Shown: positions 19,557 through 32,359, counted from the first letter of the stretch. The stretch is DNA of 64,000 nt from Pelagibacterales bacterium SAG-MED39 (GCA_014653625.1 JACWEI010000003.1:30243-94242); one strand, 5' to 3'. Notes: generated from the sequence alone by a model not told the origin. Translations and numbers: made by a program.

Positions 19557-20087
19557 ATGAAATCAAGAGAAAATATAGTTTTTTTGGGCATGATGGGGTC
19601 CGGAAAGTCATCAATTGGAAGATTGGTTTCAAACAGATTACAAGTCGATTTTTTTGATATAGACAATCTGATTGAAAAACAAATGAACATGACTATTTCA
19701 AATATTTTTAACACAAAAGGTGAAATATTTTTTAGAGAAGTCGAAGAGAAAATAACTTTAAAGATTTTAAAAAAAAATAATATTGTAATTTCTTTAGGTG
19801 GTGGTGCTTTTTTAAATAAAAAAATTAGAGATGAGGTGTTGACGAATAATTATTCTTTTTGGTTGAAAGTAAGAACTAAAGATTTAATAAAGAGAATAAA
19901 AGAAAGCTCAAAAAGACCTATAGCTTTTAAAGCAAAAAATAACGAACTTTTAGAATTAATAAAAAAACGTTCTAATATTTATTCAAAAGCAATGTATAAA
20001 ATAAAGTGTAGTGAATTAACTAAAAATGAAATAGTAAATAAAATTATAGATATTTATGAAACCACTAAAAATATTAGTAAAAACTAA
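19557..20087 (+). CDS. aroK: Shikimate kinase (start reassigned to ATG 19557)
   Basis: GMMGSGKSSIG Walker A, GE..FR..E, SLGGGA, RP motifs. Confidence 0.94.
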   Translation: MKSRENIVFLGMMGSGKSSIGRLVSNRLQVDFFDIDNLIEKQMNMTISNIFNTKGEIFFREVEEKITLKILKKNNIVISLGGGAFLNKKIRDEVLTNNYSFWLKVRTKDLIKRIKESSKRPIAFKAKNNELLELIKKRSNIYSKAMYKIKCSELTKNEIVNKIIDIYETTKNISKN

Positions 20088-21162
20088 TACCCAAAATTAT
20101 CCTATATTAATTGGCTCAAATTTAATTTCAAAATTAAATATAGTTTTAAAAGATAACTTAATTATATTTAAAAAATGTTTAATGGTAATTGATAAAAAAG
20201 TTCCAAAAAAAGAAATATTAAAAGTTAAAAATGTTTTAAAAAATAAAAAAATTTATACCTATAATTTTAACGCTAGTGAAATCAGTAAAAATCAAAATAA
20301 TATTAATAATATCGTTGAGGTTTTGTTGAAAAGAAATTTTTCTCGTCAGGACTGTCTTATCACAATTGGTGGAGGAATTACTGGTGATGTTGGTGGATTT
20401 GCTGCAAGTATTTTTAAAAGAGGCATGCAGTTTATAAATATTCCAACTACTCTTTTATCCCAAGTAGACTCATCTGTTGGAGGCAAGACAGGAATAAATA
20501 CACCTTATGGGAAAAATTTAGTCGGTAATTTCTACCAACCTAAGCTCGTAATTAGTGATTGTATTTTTTTAAAAACACTACCCAAAAGAGAAATAATTTG
20601 TGGTTATGGAGAAATTTTAAAACACTCATTAATCTCAAACAAAAAATTCTATAATTATTTAAATAAAAATTTTTTAAATATAATCAAATTAAAAGATCCA
20701 TTTATAACAAAAACAATTTTTAAAAGTTGTAAAATTAAAAAAAATATAATTGAAAAAGACGAAAAAGAAAAAAATTTAAGAAAAGTATTAAATTTTGGTC
20801 ACACATTTGCTCATGCTTTTGAAGCATCAGTAGGTTACTCAAAAAAACTGAATCACGGAGAAGCTGTATTGCTTGGTATCATGGCAGCACTTAAATTTAG
20901 TAAAATAAAAAAAATTTTAAGTAAAAATGAATTTAATTTTATATCAAATCATTATGTTAAAAATAAACTTCATTTAAATATTAAAAAATATTTTTCTAAT
21001 AAAGATTTGAATAAAATTCTGTCATTTATGACTAAAGATAAAAAAAATAATTCTAAAAAAATAAATTTAATTCTACTCAAAAAAATAGGGTATCCAATAA
21101 TTAATAAAACATTTAGTAAAAGAGATATTAGTTCATTTCTTAAAAAAGAGTTAATGAATTAA
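20056..21162 (+). CDS. aroB: 3-dehydroquinate synthase
   Basis: GGGITGDVGGF, PTTLLSQVDSSVGGKTGIN, LNFGHTFAHA, HGEAV. Confidence 0.96.
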   Translation: MKPLKILVKTNTQNYPILIGSNLISKLNIVLKDNLIIFKKCLMVIDKKVPKKEILKVKNVLKNKKIYTYNFNASEISKNQNNINNIVEVLLKRNFSRQDCLITIGGGITGDVGGFAASIFKRGMQFINIPTTLLSQVDSSVGGKTGINTPYGKNLVGNFYQPKLVISDCIFLKTLPKREIICGYGEILKHSLISNKKFYNYLNKNFLNIIKLKDPFITKTIFKSCKIKKNIIEKDEKEKNLRKVLNFGHTFAHAFEASVGYSKKLNHGEAVLLGIMAALKFSKIKKILSKNEFNFISNHYVKNKLHLNIKKYFSNKDLNKILSFMTKDKKNNSKKINLILLKKIGYPIINKTFSKRDISSFLKKELMN

Positions 21163-21411
21163 TATTTGCAAAGAATGAATATAGGTTTTTAATTCTTTAT
21201 CTAATAATCTATAAATTTTTTTATTACTTTCAATTTTATTCATTTTATTTAGTTCAGCAGACTTAAGAGTAATTTTTAAGTGAAATTTATCTCTTCTATT
21301 ACCAACATGATTTTTATGTAAAAATGATTTATCTTCAATGTCAATATTTTCAACACTTAGGTTATTGAGAAGTTTTTTTTTTACAATCTCTATTAATTCA
21401 ATTATATCCAT
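21151..21411 (-). CDS. bolA: BolA-family protein (start reassigned to ATG 21411)
   Basis: IEDKSFLHKNH..FHLKITLKS..IY..L..EL...IHSLQI. The longer track start overlaps the divergent J-domain gene. Confidence 0.85.
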   Translation of the reverse strand: MDIIELIEIVKKKLLNNLSVENIDIEDKSFLHKNHVGNRRDKFHLKITLKSAELNKMNKIESNKKIYRLLDKELKTYIHSLQILIH

Positions 21412-21428
21412 AACTAATAATATATAAC

Positions 21429-21950
21429 ATGAAAAATATTTGTGATTGGAATAATTGTAAAGAAATAGGTCTATATAAAGCACCTGTTGAAAGGGATAAT
21501 AGTAAAAAGTTCAGAATGCTATGTTTGGAACATGTGAAAGAATTTAACAAAAATTGGAATTACTTCTCAGGAATGAATGACGATCAAGTAATTAATTTTT
21601 TAAAGTCAGATATGATTTGGCACAAACCTACTCAAAGTTTTAGTTCATCAGATAACTTTTTTAAAATTTTATGGAATAACACACTACGAGATGAATTAGA
21701 TAAAGATAAAAGTGACTTTAATTACATGCGTCAATTTAAATTTGATCATAAGGATATTAAAGCATTTAGTATTCTTGGTGTTTCAGTGGGATTAAAATGG
21801 CAAAAAATTCAGAAAAAGTTCAAAATACTTGTCAAAAAATTTCACCCTGATATGAATTCTGGTAATAAAAAATACGAGGAAAAACTAAAATTAATAACTC
21901 TTGCTTATACGCAATTAAAAAATACTTATAAGGAAAAAATTGACACCTAA
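21429..21950 (+). CDS. J-domain protein with N-terminal Cys/His motif
   Basis: CDWNNC..YKAP..LCLEHVKEFN.NWNYFSGM and a C-terminal J domain with FHPD. Confidence 0.9.
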   Translation: MKNICDWNNCKEIGLYKAPVERDNSKKFRMLCLEHVKEFNKNWNYFSGMNDDQVINFLKSDMIWHKPTQSFSSSDNFFKILWNNTLRDELDKDKSDFNYMRQFKFDHKDIKAFSILGVSVGLKWQKIQKKFKILVKKFHPDMNSGNKKYEEKLKLITLAYTQLKNTYKEKIDT

Positions 21951-22914
21951 CTTAAACTTACAACCTGATATCAAAATTTCAATAAACCAAACATTTGGAA
22001 TTGAATCTGAAATGGAAGTAAAAGCTTTCTCTAAAAAAAGTGAATATGTTCCTGAGATAGATAAAAATTATAAATTTGATAGAGATACTACACTTGCTAT
22101 TATTTCTGGTTTTGCGTTTAACAAAAGAGTTTTAGTACAAGGGTATCATGGAACAGGTAAATCAACTCACATAGAACAAATTGCTGCTAGATTAAATTGG
22201 CCTTGTATTAGAGTAAATTTAGATAGTCATGTAAGCAGAATTGATTTAATTGGTAAAGATGCGATTGTATTAAAAGAAGGAAAGCAAGTAACTCAGTTTA
22301 ATGAAGGTATTTTACCTTGGTCAATTCAAAATCCCGTTGCCTTAGTTTTTGATGAGTATGATGCTGGAAGACCAGATGTAATGTTTGTTATACAAAGGGT
22401 GCTTGAGGCTGAGGGTAATTTTACACTTCTAGATAAAAATAAGGTTATTAAACAAAATAAATTTTTTAGATTATTTGCTACATCGAATACTGTTGGTTTG
22501 GGTGACACATCTGGTTTATATCATGGAACTCAACAAATCAATCAAGGACAAATGGACAGATGGAATATAGTAACAACTTTGAATTACCTTAGTCTTGATA
22601 AAGAGATGGACATAATTCTTGCAAAAAATAAAAATTTTAACAACCAAAAAGGTAAAGAAAAAATAGCAAACATGATTAAAGTTGCAGCTTTAACTAGAAA
22701 AGGTTTTGTTGCAGGAGATATATCAACATTGATGAGTCCGAGAACTGTTATGCATTGGGCAGAAAATACTGAAATATTTAAAGATATAGGTTATGCCTTC
22801 AGAGTTACTTTTCTAAATAAGTGTGATGATATTGAAAAAAATACTATTGCTGAATATTATCAAAGATGTTTTGGGGAAGAATTACCGGAGTCTCTTATTA
22901 ATATACAAATCTAA
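21940..22914 (+). CDS. cobS: CobS-like MoxR AAA+ ATPase
   Basis: [39 protein letters not shown]; TTG start with AAGGA upstream. Confidence 0.92.
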   Translation: MTPNLNLQPDIKISINQTFGIESEMEVKAFSKKSEYVPEIDKNYKFDRDTTLAIISGFAFNKRVLVQGYHGTGKSTHIEQIAARLNWPCIRVNLDSHVSRIDLIGKDAIVLKEGKQVTQFNEGILPWSIQNPVALVFDEYDAGRPDVMFVIQRVLEAEGNFTLLDKNKVIKQNKFFRLFATSNTVGLGDTSGLYHGTQQINQGQMDRWNIVTTLNYLSLDKEMDIILAKNKNFNNQKGKEKIANMIKVAALTRKGFVAGDISTLMSPRTVMHWAENTEIFKDIGYAFRVTFLNKCDDIEKNTIAEYYQRCFGEELPESLINIQI

Positions 22915-24722
22915 TGAGTGATAGCAATAAAGCTGCTGATCTAAAAGAGAAATTAAAACAAGCTCTGAATTCTACTTTTAAAGTTATCTCTGATGATTTT
23001 TTGCTTGATGATAAATTGAAAAAAAATGATAATTCAAAAAAAGTCGATCATTTTAAGCTTGATAGTTTAAATTCAAAAAATGATTTTATTAAAGCAAGAG
23101 CAGATTCTGATTCTTCTGCTTTAAAAAGAAAATTTTCTAACGAAGAAATTTACAATAAAAATCAGCCATTAAACTCATCTTGTAAGTCGTTATACTACAT
23201 AGCAGAAAAAATTAGATATGAAACTTTAGGCAGCAAAATGCTTAAAGGCATAGAAAAAAACTTTAAAGATAATTATAATCAAATGATATTTTCAAAGAGA
23301 AAAGACCAGCTCAAAAATAAAGAAGATGTAATGGTTGCTGAAGCTTTCGAACTTTATATGCTAAAAAAATTTCACAACATAAAATTAGATCCATTAACTA
23401 CTAAAATGTTAAATTTTTGGGAAAATGATTTTGATTATTCAATAAATAAACATATTGATTTTTTAAAAGAAAATTTAGAAAATCAACAGATTTATTCATC
23501 AAAATTTTCTGAAATACTTGGGGAAATGGACATATTTCAATCTGAGGATGATGTAGATAGTGAAGAAGATAATCAGGATGATGGTCAAAATAATCCATCA
23601 AATGAGGACGAAAATGCTGAAACTGAGGACAACAAAGATAAAAATAAAGAAGAAGAAACTGAGTCAAGTCTAGATTCTGACTACAATATCGATGACTACA
23701 AATTAGATGATCAATTGATTGAAACTGACTCAGATCAAATAAACAATGAGCAAATAATTCAAAAAAAAAATCTATCTTCTTTAAATTATGAATACAAAAT
23801 ATTTACAAATCAATATGATGAAATTATAAAAGCAGAAAATTTAGAAAATTCAGACGAATCTATCAAATTAAGAAAAACCTTAGATCATCAGTTAATTGGT
23901 TTTCAAGATATCATCACTAAACTTGCTAATAAACTTCAAAGACAATTGCTAGCAAAACAAAATCGTGCTTGGGAATTTGATTTAGAGGAAGGATTGTTGG
24001 ATAGTTCAAAATTACCAAGAATTATAATGGACCCTTATAATTCTTTATCTTTCAAAAAAGAAAAAGATTTAGATTTTAAAGACACTGTAGTCACTTTATT
24101 AATTGATAATTCTGGTTCTATGAGGGGTAGACCAATAACAATTGCAGCAATATGTGCAGATATTCTTTCAAGAACTCTAGAACGATGCTCTGTGAAAGTT
24201 GAGATTTTAGGCTTTACAACTAAAAATTGGAAAGGTGGTCAAAGTAGAGAATTTTGGAACAACAAAAATAAACCTAAAACTCCTGGCAGACTAAATGATT
24301 TGAGACATATAATTTATAAAAGTGCAGATACGCATTGGAGACAAGCAAAAAATAATCTTGGCCTAATGCTTAAGGAGGGTTTGCTCAAAGAAAACATTGA
24401 TGGAGAAGCTATATCATGGGCTTTTAACAGACTAAAAAAAAGAAAAGAGGAAAGAAAAATTCTTATGGTAATTTCTGATGGTGCACCCGTAGATGACTCA
24501 ACTTTATCTGTAAATTCTGGAGACTTTTTAGAAAAACATTTAAAAAAAATTGTAAAATTTATCGAAGAAAAAACTGAAACAGAAATATTAGCAATTGGTA
24601 TTGGGCATGACGTATCTAGATATTACAATAAAGCAATTAAGATAACTGATGTTAATGAACTCGGAGATGTAATGATTTCTCAATTAAGTTATCTTTTTGA
24701 TGCTAAAAATAAACTTAATTAA
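22914..24722 (+). CDS. cobT: CobT-like VWA-domain protein
   Basis: Acidic linker, [11 protein letters not shown] (MIDAS), [23 protein letters not shown]. Confidence 0.92.
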   Translation: MSDSNKAADLKEKLKQALNSTFKVISDDFLLDDKLKKNDNSKKVDHFKLDSLNSKNDFIKARADSDSSALKRKFSNEEIYNKNQPLNSSCKSLYYIAEKIRYETLGSKMLKGIEKNFKDNYNQMIFSKRKDQLKNKEDVMVAEAFELYMLKKFHNIKLDPLTTKMLNFWENDFDYSINKHIDFLKENLENQQIYSSKFSEILGEMDIFQSEDDVDSEEDNQDDGQNNPSNEDENAETEDNKDKNKEEETESSLDSDYNIDDYKLDDQLIETDSDQINNEQIIQKKNLSSLNYEYKIFTNQYDEIIKAENLENSDESIKLRKTLDHQLIGFQDIITKLANKLQRQLLAKQNRAWEFDLEEGLLDSSKLPRIIMDPYNSLSFKKEKDLDFKDTVVTLLIDNSGSMRGRPITIAAICADILSRTLERCSVKVEILGFTTKNWKGGQSREFWNNKNKPKTPGRLNDLRHIIYKSADTHWRQAKNNLGLMLKEGLLKENIDGEAISWAFNRLKKRKEERKILMVISDGAPVDDSTLSVNSGDFLEKHLKKIVKFIEEKTETEILAIGIGHDVSRYYNKAIKITDVNELGDVMISQLSYLFDAKNKLN

Positions 24723-25999
24723 ATATTAAATAAATCCTTATTTCTCCATCTAATAATTATTTCAGCTCCGGTTCTAGTTTTAGAGTTTCTACAATTAATT
24801 TTAGCAAAATTTTTTTCAAGTAAAGTTTTTCCTATAAAGACACCTAATCCTAAACCTGTTTTAGATTTTTCAGATTCTTTTTGAGACTTTAAATAAGGTT
24901 CACCTATTTTAGACAAAATATCATATGAAAAACCATCCCCATCATCCTCAATTATTATTTCTGTAAAATCATTGTTACTTTTTAAGGAAATAAATATTTT
25001 TTTTTTACTAAATTTATTTGCGTTTCCGATAAAATTTCTCAGTCCGTAAACAATTTCAATCGATTTTGTAATTTTTTTTGGATTCGAGTCTTGATCCAAA
25101 TTAAAAATAAACTCTTTATTACTTGTTTCTTTAAAAGAGTTTATGATTTCTTTTAAATAATCTTTCATATTCAAATCTTCATCTATAAACTCATCTTCTA
25201 CTGTAGGATTTAATGATAGTTTTTTCAAAATTTGGTTACATCTTTCTACCTGACTTGATAATAATTCAATATCCTGAATTACGTCCTTTTCATTTTTAAA
25301 CTGAACCATTAATTCTTGTGTGATAATTTTTATTGTTGAAAGAGGTGTCCCTAAAGAATGTGCGGCAGCGGCTGCTTGCCCACCTAATGATAATAATTCA
25401 TGTTCTTTGGCCATCACTTCCTCCATTTTGTTTAGGGCTTCCTTTCTTAATCTGCTTTGGTTTCCAAAAATTATTGCGAAATAATTTAGAAATACTAGTG
25501 CAATAATTAATGCTATTGGAATTGAGTAATAATAGTATGGGCTTACATGAAAATTATCACTCAACGGTCGAGGTAGTGATTGAGAATTAAATGTTAAATA
25601 AACTATTGAGCAAGTTGTTATTATTAAAATTAATAAATTTGTTCTTATTCCTAAATTTGATGATGCAAAAACACTTGGGATCAATAAGAAAATTATAAAT
25701 GGATTTACTATTCCACCAGTCAAAAATATTAAAAAAGATAATTGAAAAATATCTATTATTAAAAATAATAATGCTCCTCTGTCTGAAATCTGTGTTTTTT
25801 TATAGAATAAAATTAAATATAGATTACTGATTACACCAAGTAAAATAACAAAATTACAATAAATAAAATCGAATTCAAAATTAAAATAGAAATAAACTAA
25901 ATTTACTGATATTAATTGACCAATGATACCTATCCATCTTAATGAGATATATGTTGATTTTTTTAAAGAGTAATACTTAGAAGTTTCAAAAAACTTCAT
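24719..25999 (-). CDS. regB: ActS/PrrB/RegB-family sensor histidine kinase
   Basis: TM region with TGGIVNPF, H-box [13 protein letters not shown] box NANKF, DDGDG, GEPY, GLGLG. Confidence 0.88.
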   Translation of the reverse strand: MKFFETSKYYSLKKSTYISLRWIGIIGQLISVNLVYFYFNFEFDFIYCNFVILLGVISNLYLILFYKKTQISDRGALLFLIIDIFQLSFLIFLTGGIVNPFIIFLLIPSVFASSNLGIRTNLLILIITTCSIVYLTFNSQSLPRPLSDNFHVSPYYYYSIPIALIIALVFLNYFAIIFGNQSRLRKEALNKMEEVMAKEHELLSLGGQAAAAAHSLGTPLSTIKIITQELMVQFKNEKDVIQDIELLSSQVERCNQILKKLSLNPTVEDEFIDEDLNMKDYLKEIINSFKETSNKEFIFNLDQDSNPKKITKSIEIVYGLRNFIGNANKFSKKKIFISLKSNNDFTEIIIEDDGDGFSYDILSKIGEPYLKSQKESEKSKTGLGLGVFIGKTLLEKNFAKINCRNSKTRTGAEIIIRWRNKDLFNI

Positions 26000-26001
26000 T
26001 T

Positions 26002-28077
<2,076 letters not shown>

Positions 28078-28138
28078 TCATAAATTAAAGTATTTAAATA
28101 CAGAAGTTTTAATATATGTTGCATATTTACAAACCAAA

Positions 28139-28999
28139 ATGATAAAAAAAGGTATTATTCTTGCTGGAGGTTATGGAACTAGGTTAAGCCCATTAACTAA
28201 GTGTGTAAATAAACAGCTTTTACCAATTCATGACAAACCGATGATTTTTTATCCTCTATCTGTATTGATGTTAGCAAATATAAAAAATATTTTAATGATT
28301 GTTAACCCAGGTCAAATCGAAAATTTTAGAAATCTTTTAGGAAACGGATCAAGGTATGGAATTAAGATAAAATATAAAACTCAAAATAAGCCAAGAGGAC
28401 TCCCTGATGCTTTTAATCTAGGTAGGTCCTTTATAAAGAATGAGAATGTTGCTCTAATTTTAGGGGATAATTTTTTTTATGGTCAAAGCCTAACTCAAAA
28501 ACTTGAGAGTTCTTCTCAGCATAAAATTGGTGCTACAATTTTTTTGAAAGAAGTTAATAAGCCAGAAAATTATGGAGTTGCAAAAATTCAAAAAAATAAA
28601 ATTAAAAATATAGTTGAGAAACCAAAAAAATTTGTATCGAATAATGCAGTAACTGGATTATATTTTTTTGATAAAAATGTTTGCAAATATACAAAAAAAT
28701 TAAAACCCTCTAAAAGAGGTGAACTTGAAATTACTGATTTAATTAATGAATATAAAAAAAAAGGAAACCTCAAATTTGAACAAATTGGAAGAGGTGCAAT
28801 TTGGTCAGATGCTGGCAAGATAGAGGATTTAATTAATGTATCTAATTATGTTAGGTCGGTTGAAAAAGTCCAAGGAATAAAAATTGCTTGTTTGGAGGAG
28901 ATAGCATTATTAAAAAAATGGATTAGTAAAGACACAATAAGAAAAAATATAAAATTTTATGGTAACTGTGAATATAGTAAATATTTAAAAGATTTATAA
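28139..28999 (+). CDS. rfbA: Glucose-1-phosphate thymidylyltransferase
   Basis: KGIILAGG.GTRL.PLT...KQLLP..DKPMI.YPL, ALILGDN.F.G, PS.RGELEITD. Confidence 0.92.
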   Translation: MIKKGIILAGGYGTRLSPLTKCVNKQLLPIHDKPMIFYPLSVLMLANIKNILMIVNPGQIENFRNLLGNGSRYGIKIKYKTQNKPRGLPDAFNLGRSFIKNENVALILGDNFFYGQSLTQKLESSSQHKIGATIFLKEVNKPENYGVAKIQKNKIKNIVEKPKKFVSNNAVTGLYFFDKNVCKYTKKLKPSKRGELEITDLINEYKKKGNLKFEQIGRGAIWSDAGKIEDLINVSNYVRSVEKVQGIKIACLEEIALLKKWISKDTIRKNIKFYGNCEYSKYLKDL

Positions 29000-29000
29000 A

Positions 29001-29882
29001 TTGAAAAACAAAACTATACTAATTACTGGCTCCTCTGGATTTATTGGAAATTTCTTTTTAGAGAATGCACTTAATAAAGGTTTTAATGTCATAGATATTT
29101 TAAGATACAAAAATAAAAACAATAAAAGATTAAATGAATTAAATAAGAAGTTTAGATATTCTTATAATTCTATTTTTTATAAAAACTTAAATGAAATAAA
29201 AAAAAAGCTTTATAGTAAAAAAATTGATTTTTTTATTAATTTTGCAACTTTTTATAAAAATACTCACTCCCATAATGAAATAAAAAAATTTGTCGACTCA
29301 AATATTCTTTTTCCGAGCATTATTGTAGATTTAATTTTTTCTAAAGTTAAAAAAGTGATAAATTTTGGCTCTATGATGCAGCATTTAGACGGTAAAAACT
29401 ATAAACCAAGTAACTTTTATTCATCAACAAAATCTGCATTTGAAATGATACTAAATTTTTATTCATTAAATAATAAGAATTCAAAATTATATAATATTAA
29501 ACTCTATGAAAGTTTTGCAAATGTAGATAAGAGAAAAAAATTAATCCCAACACTAATAAAGAATTACAGGTTAAATAAAAAAACGACTATTCTTTCAGAT
29601 AAACTTGAATTAAATATAGTTCATATCGAAGATATAATTAATGCGATTTATTTAATTTTAAATAAAAACATAAAGAGTGGGACGTATTGTTTAAAAAATA
29701 ATACAAATATTAATATAAAAAAATTAATATTGAGGATAAATTTTAATTCTAAAAAAAAAATTAAAATTAAATTTTTAAATAAAAAGTTGCCTAGGATAAC
29801 AAAAACAAAAATTAAATTGTTACCTGGATGGACAGCGGATAGGAAAATACAACAAAAAATAGTTGATGAGTTCATAAAATGA
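29001..29882 (+). CDS. NAD-dependent epimerase/reductase (extended SDR) for NDP-sugars
   Basis: ITGSSGFIG Rossmann motif and YSSTK catalytic motif; lies between rfbA and rfbC. Confidence 0.82.
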   Translation: MKNKTILITGSSGFIGNFFLENALNKGFNVIDILRYKNKNNKRLNELNKKFRYSYNSIFYKNLNEIKKKLYSKKIDFFINFATFYKNTHSHNEIKKFVDSNILFPSIIVDLIFSKVKKVINFGSMMQHLDGKNYKPSNFYSSTKSAFEMILNFYSLNNKNSKLYNIKLYESFANVDKRKKLIPTLIKNYRLNKKTTILSDKLELNIVHIEDIINAIYLILNKNIKSGTYCLKNNTNINIKKLILRINFNSKKKIKIKFLNKKLPRITKTKIKLLPGWTADRKIQQKIVDEFIK

Positions 29883-30394
29883 AGATTATTAAAACAAAAA
29901 TAAAGGATTTAGTAATTATTAAAACTAATGTCTATAAAGATAATAGAGGTTTTTTTAAAGAAATTGAAAAAAGTAAAATTTTAAAAAAAAAATTTATTTT
30001 TGATTGTTTTTCATATTCAAAAAAAAATACTCTTAGAGGTCTCCACTTACAAACAAAAAAAAGTCAAGCAAAAATAATAACTGTAGTCCAAGGGAAAATT
30101 TTAGATGTTGTGGTCGACTTAAGAAAAAATTCTAAAACGTATGGTAAACATTTTTCAATCAAAATTTCATACGATTCAAATTTTTCTATTTATATACCAC
30201 CTAATTTTGCTCATGGGTTTCTGTGCTTATCAAAAAGCTGTGCTGTTTATTACAAATGTACAAATTATAGAAACAAAAATTCTGAAAAAACTATAAAATG
30301 GAACGATAAAAAACTCAATATTAAATGGCCAATTAAAAAACCAATATTATCTAAAAAGGATAAAATGGGGATAGAATTTTCAACGTTCAAATAA
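29879..30394 (+). CDS. rfbC: dTDP-4-dehydrorhamnose 3,5-epimerase
   Basis: D.RGFF.E, LRGLH.Q, DVVVDLR..S.TYG, IPP.FAHGF. Confidence 0.93.
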   Translation: MKIIKTKIKDLVIIKTNVYKDNRGFFKEIEKSKILKKKFIFDCFSYSKKNTLRGLHLQTKKSQAKIITVVQGKILDVVVDLRKNSKTYGKHFSIKISYDSNFSIYIPPNFAHGFLCLSKSCAVYYKCTNYRNKNSEKTIKWNDKKLNIKWPIKKPILSKKDKMGIEFSTFK

Positions 30395-31559
30395 TTTTAG
30401 GTATCGGAACATGCGTGATAAATTTTCCTCCATTTTTAATATACTCACGTTCTTTGGTAAATATTTCAGATTTAAAGTTCCAAGCTCCCAGAAAGACATA
30501 ATCAGCGTCACTATTCTTTAGTTTTTTATATTTTTTTATGAGAATTTTTGTTCCAGGTAAATATTTATTTATTTTAAATGAAGTAGTATCATAGAAAAAG
30601 GAAATCTGCCTAAAATTGAGATTACAATAATTTAAAACAGTGCATGATTTAGCTGTAGCACCATAGCCTATAATTTTTTTATTTTTAAGTTTATCAAAAA
30701 TTTGTAACAATTCTTTTTTTGAATTTTTAACTTTATTAGCAAATTTTTTATAAGTTAAAAATTTATGTAATCCATAATTTAATTCTTTATTTAATTCAAT
30801 TTTGACATTTTTTTTAACTTTAAAAAAAGAATTTTTTTTATTCTTAATATAATAACGATTAGAACCACCATGAGTTCCGATATTTTCTATATCAAAAATC
30901 TCTAAGTCAAATTTGCTTAAAATATTTTTTAAAGCTATAGTTGAAAAAACATACACATGCTCACAATAAAATTGGTCATATGCAACATTTTTTAAACAAT
31001 TCAATAGTGAAGGATCTTCCAAAATTAATATTCCTCTGTTTGAGAGAGAATTTTTTATTGCCCTAAAAATTTCTGAATAATTTGTTATATGGCTCAATGT
31101 ATTAGCTGAATAAATTACATCTACTTTTTTTCTCATAATTATTTTTTTTGATAATTTTAAGTTCCAATATTCGGAATATACTTTAAATCCTTTCGACCTA
31201 GTTATTTTTGCTAAATTTTTACATGGTTCTATTCCTACAATTTTTCTCTTATCAAAATTTTTGATAAAAGCACCATCATTACAGCCAATTTCAACTATGA
31301 ATTTTGGTTTAAATTTTTTTTTAATCTTGTCTGCTAACTTCATGAATGAAGCTTGCATAGTTTTTGACTCGGAAGACTTATATGGATAGTTTTTATTAAA
31401 CATTTTTTCTTTAGGAATCTTATTTATTATTGAAACTAAATAATTTTTTGGATTAAATGCCAAAACCAATTTAAATTTTTTTTCTTTTAAACTAAGATTT
31501 TTTTTTAAAACGTAAGAATTTGCAAGTGGTTGCAATCCTAAATTTAAAAATTTTTTCAT
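30387..31559 (-). CDS. NDP-hexose C-methyltransferase (NovU/TylC3/TcaB9-like)
   Basis: LG.QPLAN, VEIGCNDG, D.FY.EH, THGGS.R, GYGATAK, AWNF..EI. Start placed at the ATGA overlap at 31559. Confidence 0.88.
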   Translation of the reverse strand: MKKFLNLGLQPLANSYVLKKNLSLKEKKFKLVLAFNPKNYLVSIINKIPKEKMFNKNYPYKSSESKTMQASFMKLADKIKKKFKPKFIVEIGCNDGAFIKNFDKRKIVGIEPCKNLAKITRSKGFKVYSEYWNLKLSKKIIMRKKVDVIYSANTLSHITNYSEIFRAIKNSLSNRGILILEDPSLLNCLKNVAYDQFYCEHVYVFSTIALKNILSKFDLEIFDIENIGTHGGSNRYYIKNKKNSFFKVKKNVKIELNKELNYGLHKFLTYKKFANKVKNSKKELLQIFDKLKNKKIIGYGATAKSCTVLNYCNLNFRQISFFYDTTSFKINKYLPGTKILIKKYKKLKNSDADYVFLGAWNFKSEIFTKEREYIKNGGKFITHVPIPKII

Positions 31560-32359
31560 AAGTACCTTTTTAATATAAACCACATAAATCTAATTATTCC
31601 TAAAACTTTTGAAAAACATATATTTGCATTTCTAAATTTTAATAAAAAAATATTTACAATCAAAAGTAAAATGTTTTGACTTAACTTTCTTAAAAGCTTT
31701 AAAGTTCTTATTTTCTTAATTTTATAATCATATAAAAACTCTCCAAAAATAAAATTTCCATATCTGATGAAATCTGTTTTAAAACCTACTAATGAGGAAT
31801 TTCCATTTCGATGAGTAGCTTTAGATCTTTGACTCTCATAAATCTTATATTTAAAACTTTTAATTCGCTGAGATAACTCTATATCTTCCCAATAAAAAAA
31901 GAAGTCCTCATCAAACATACCAATTTCAATAAACTTTTTTGTATCACATAAAAAAGTTGCACCAATCATATTTTTCACTTGAATTTCCTTTACCTTTTTT
32001 TTTATTTTTTTATTAATTGATGGAATTGCTATTACCGCATTTTTCTTTTTTCTTAAAATTGTTTTTCTTAATTCTAATATTGAATTTTCATTTATGCTAA
32101 CATCAGCTTGTGAACAAAAAAAATATTTAGTTTTAACTTTTTTAACGAGTATATTTATTCCCTTTGCATAGCCATTATTATCCTTGGATATTGTGTAATT
32201 TTTTATTTTAGGTAGAATTTTTAATAATTTTTTTTTAAAAACTCTATCATTGCTTTGATCTAAAACAATTACATTAAATTTTCTAAAAGCTTTAAAATTT
32301 TTTATCAATTCTAGAGGTGTTTTATATAGCAGAAGTATTATTGTAATATCTGATTTCAT
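31556..32359 (-). CDS. Glycosyltransferase family 2 (rhamnosyltransferase-like)
   Basis: N.GYAKGIN, QAD, GMFDEDFFFYWEDIELS.R. Confidence 0.88.
   Translation of the reverse strand: MKSDITIILLLYKTPLELIKNFKAFRKFNVIVLDQSNDRVFKKKLLKILPKIKNYTISKDNNGYAKGINILVKKVKTKYFFCSQADVSINENSILELRKTILRKKKNAVIAIPSINKKIKKKVKEIQVKNMIGATFLCDTKKFIEIGMFDEDFFFYWEDIELSQRIKSFKYKIYESQRSKATHRNGNSSLVGFKTDFIRYGNFIFGEFLYDYKIKKIRTLKLLRKLSQNILLLIVNIFLLKFRNANICFSKVLGIIRFMWFILKRYL

Noticed and set aside
19487-19714. 75-aa minus-strand ORF and the extended aroK start at 19494
   Set aside because: The ORF is antisense to aroK. The extension overlaps the 59-aa TM gene, and ATG 19557 fits the AroK N-terminus.
23540-23760. Asp/Glu/Asn-rich low-complexity stretch resembling a repeat
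   Set aside because: This is the usual acidic linker of CobT; there is no exact tandem unit.
21940-24722. cobS/cobT as evidence for vitamin B12 synthesis
   Set aside because: No cobN or other cob/cbi genes in the window; the pair is known to occur without the pathway.
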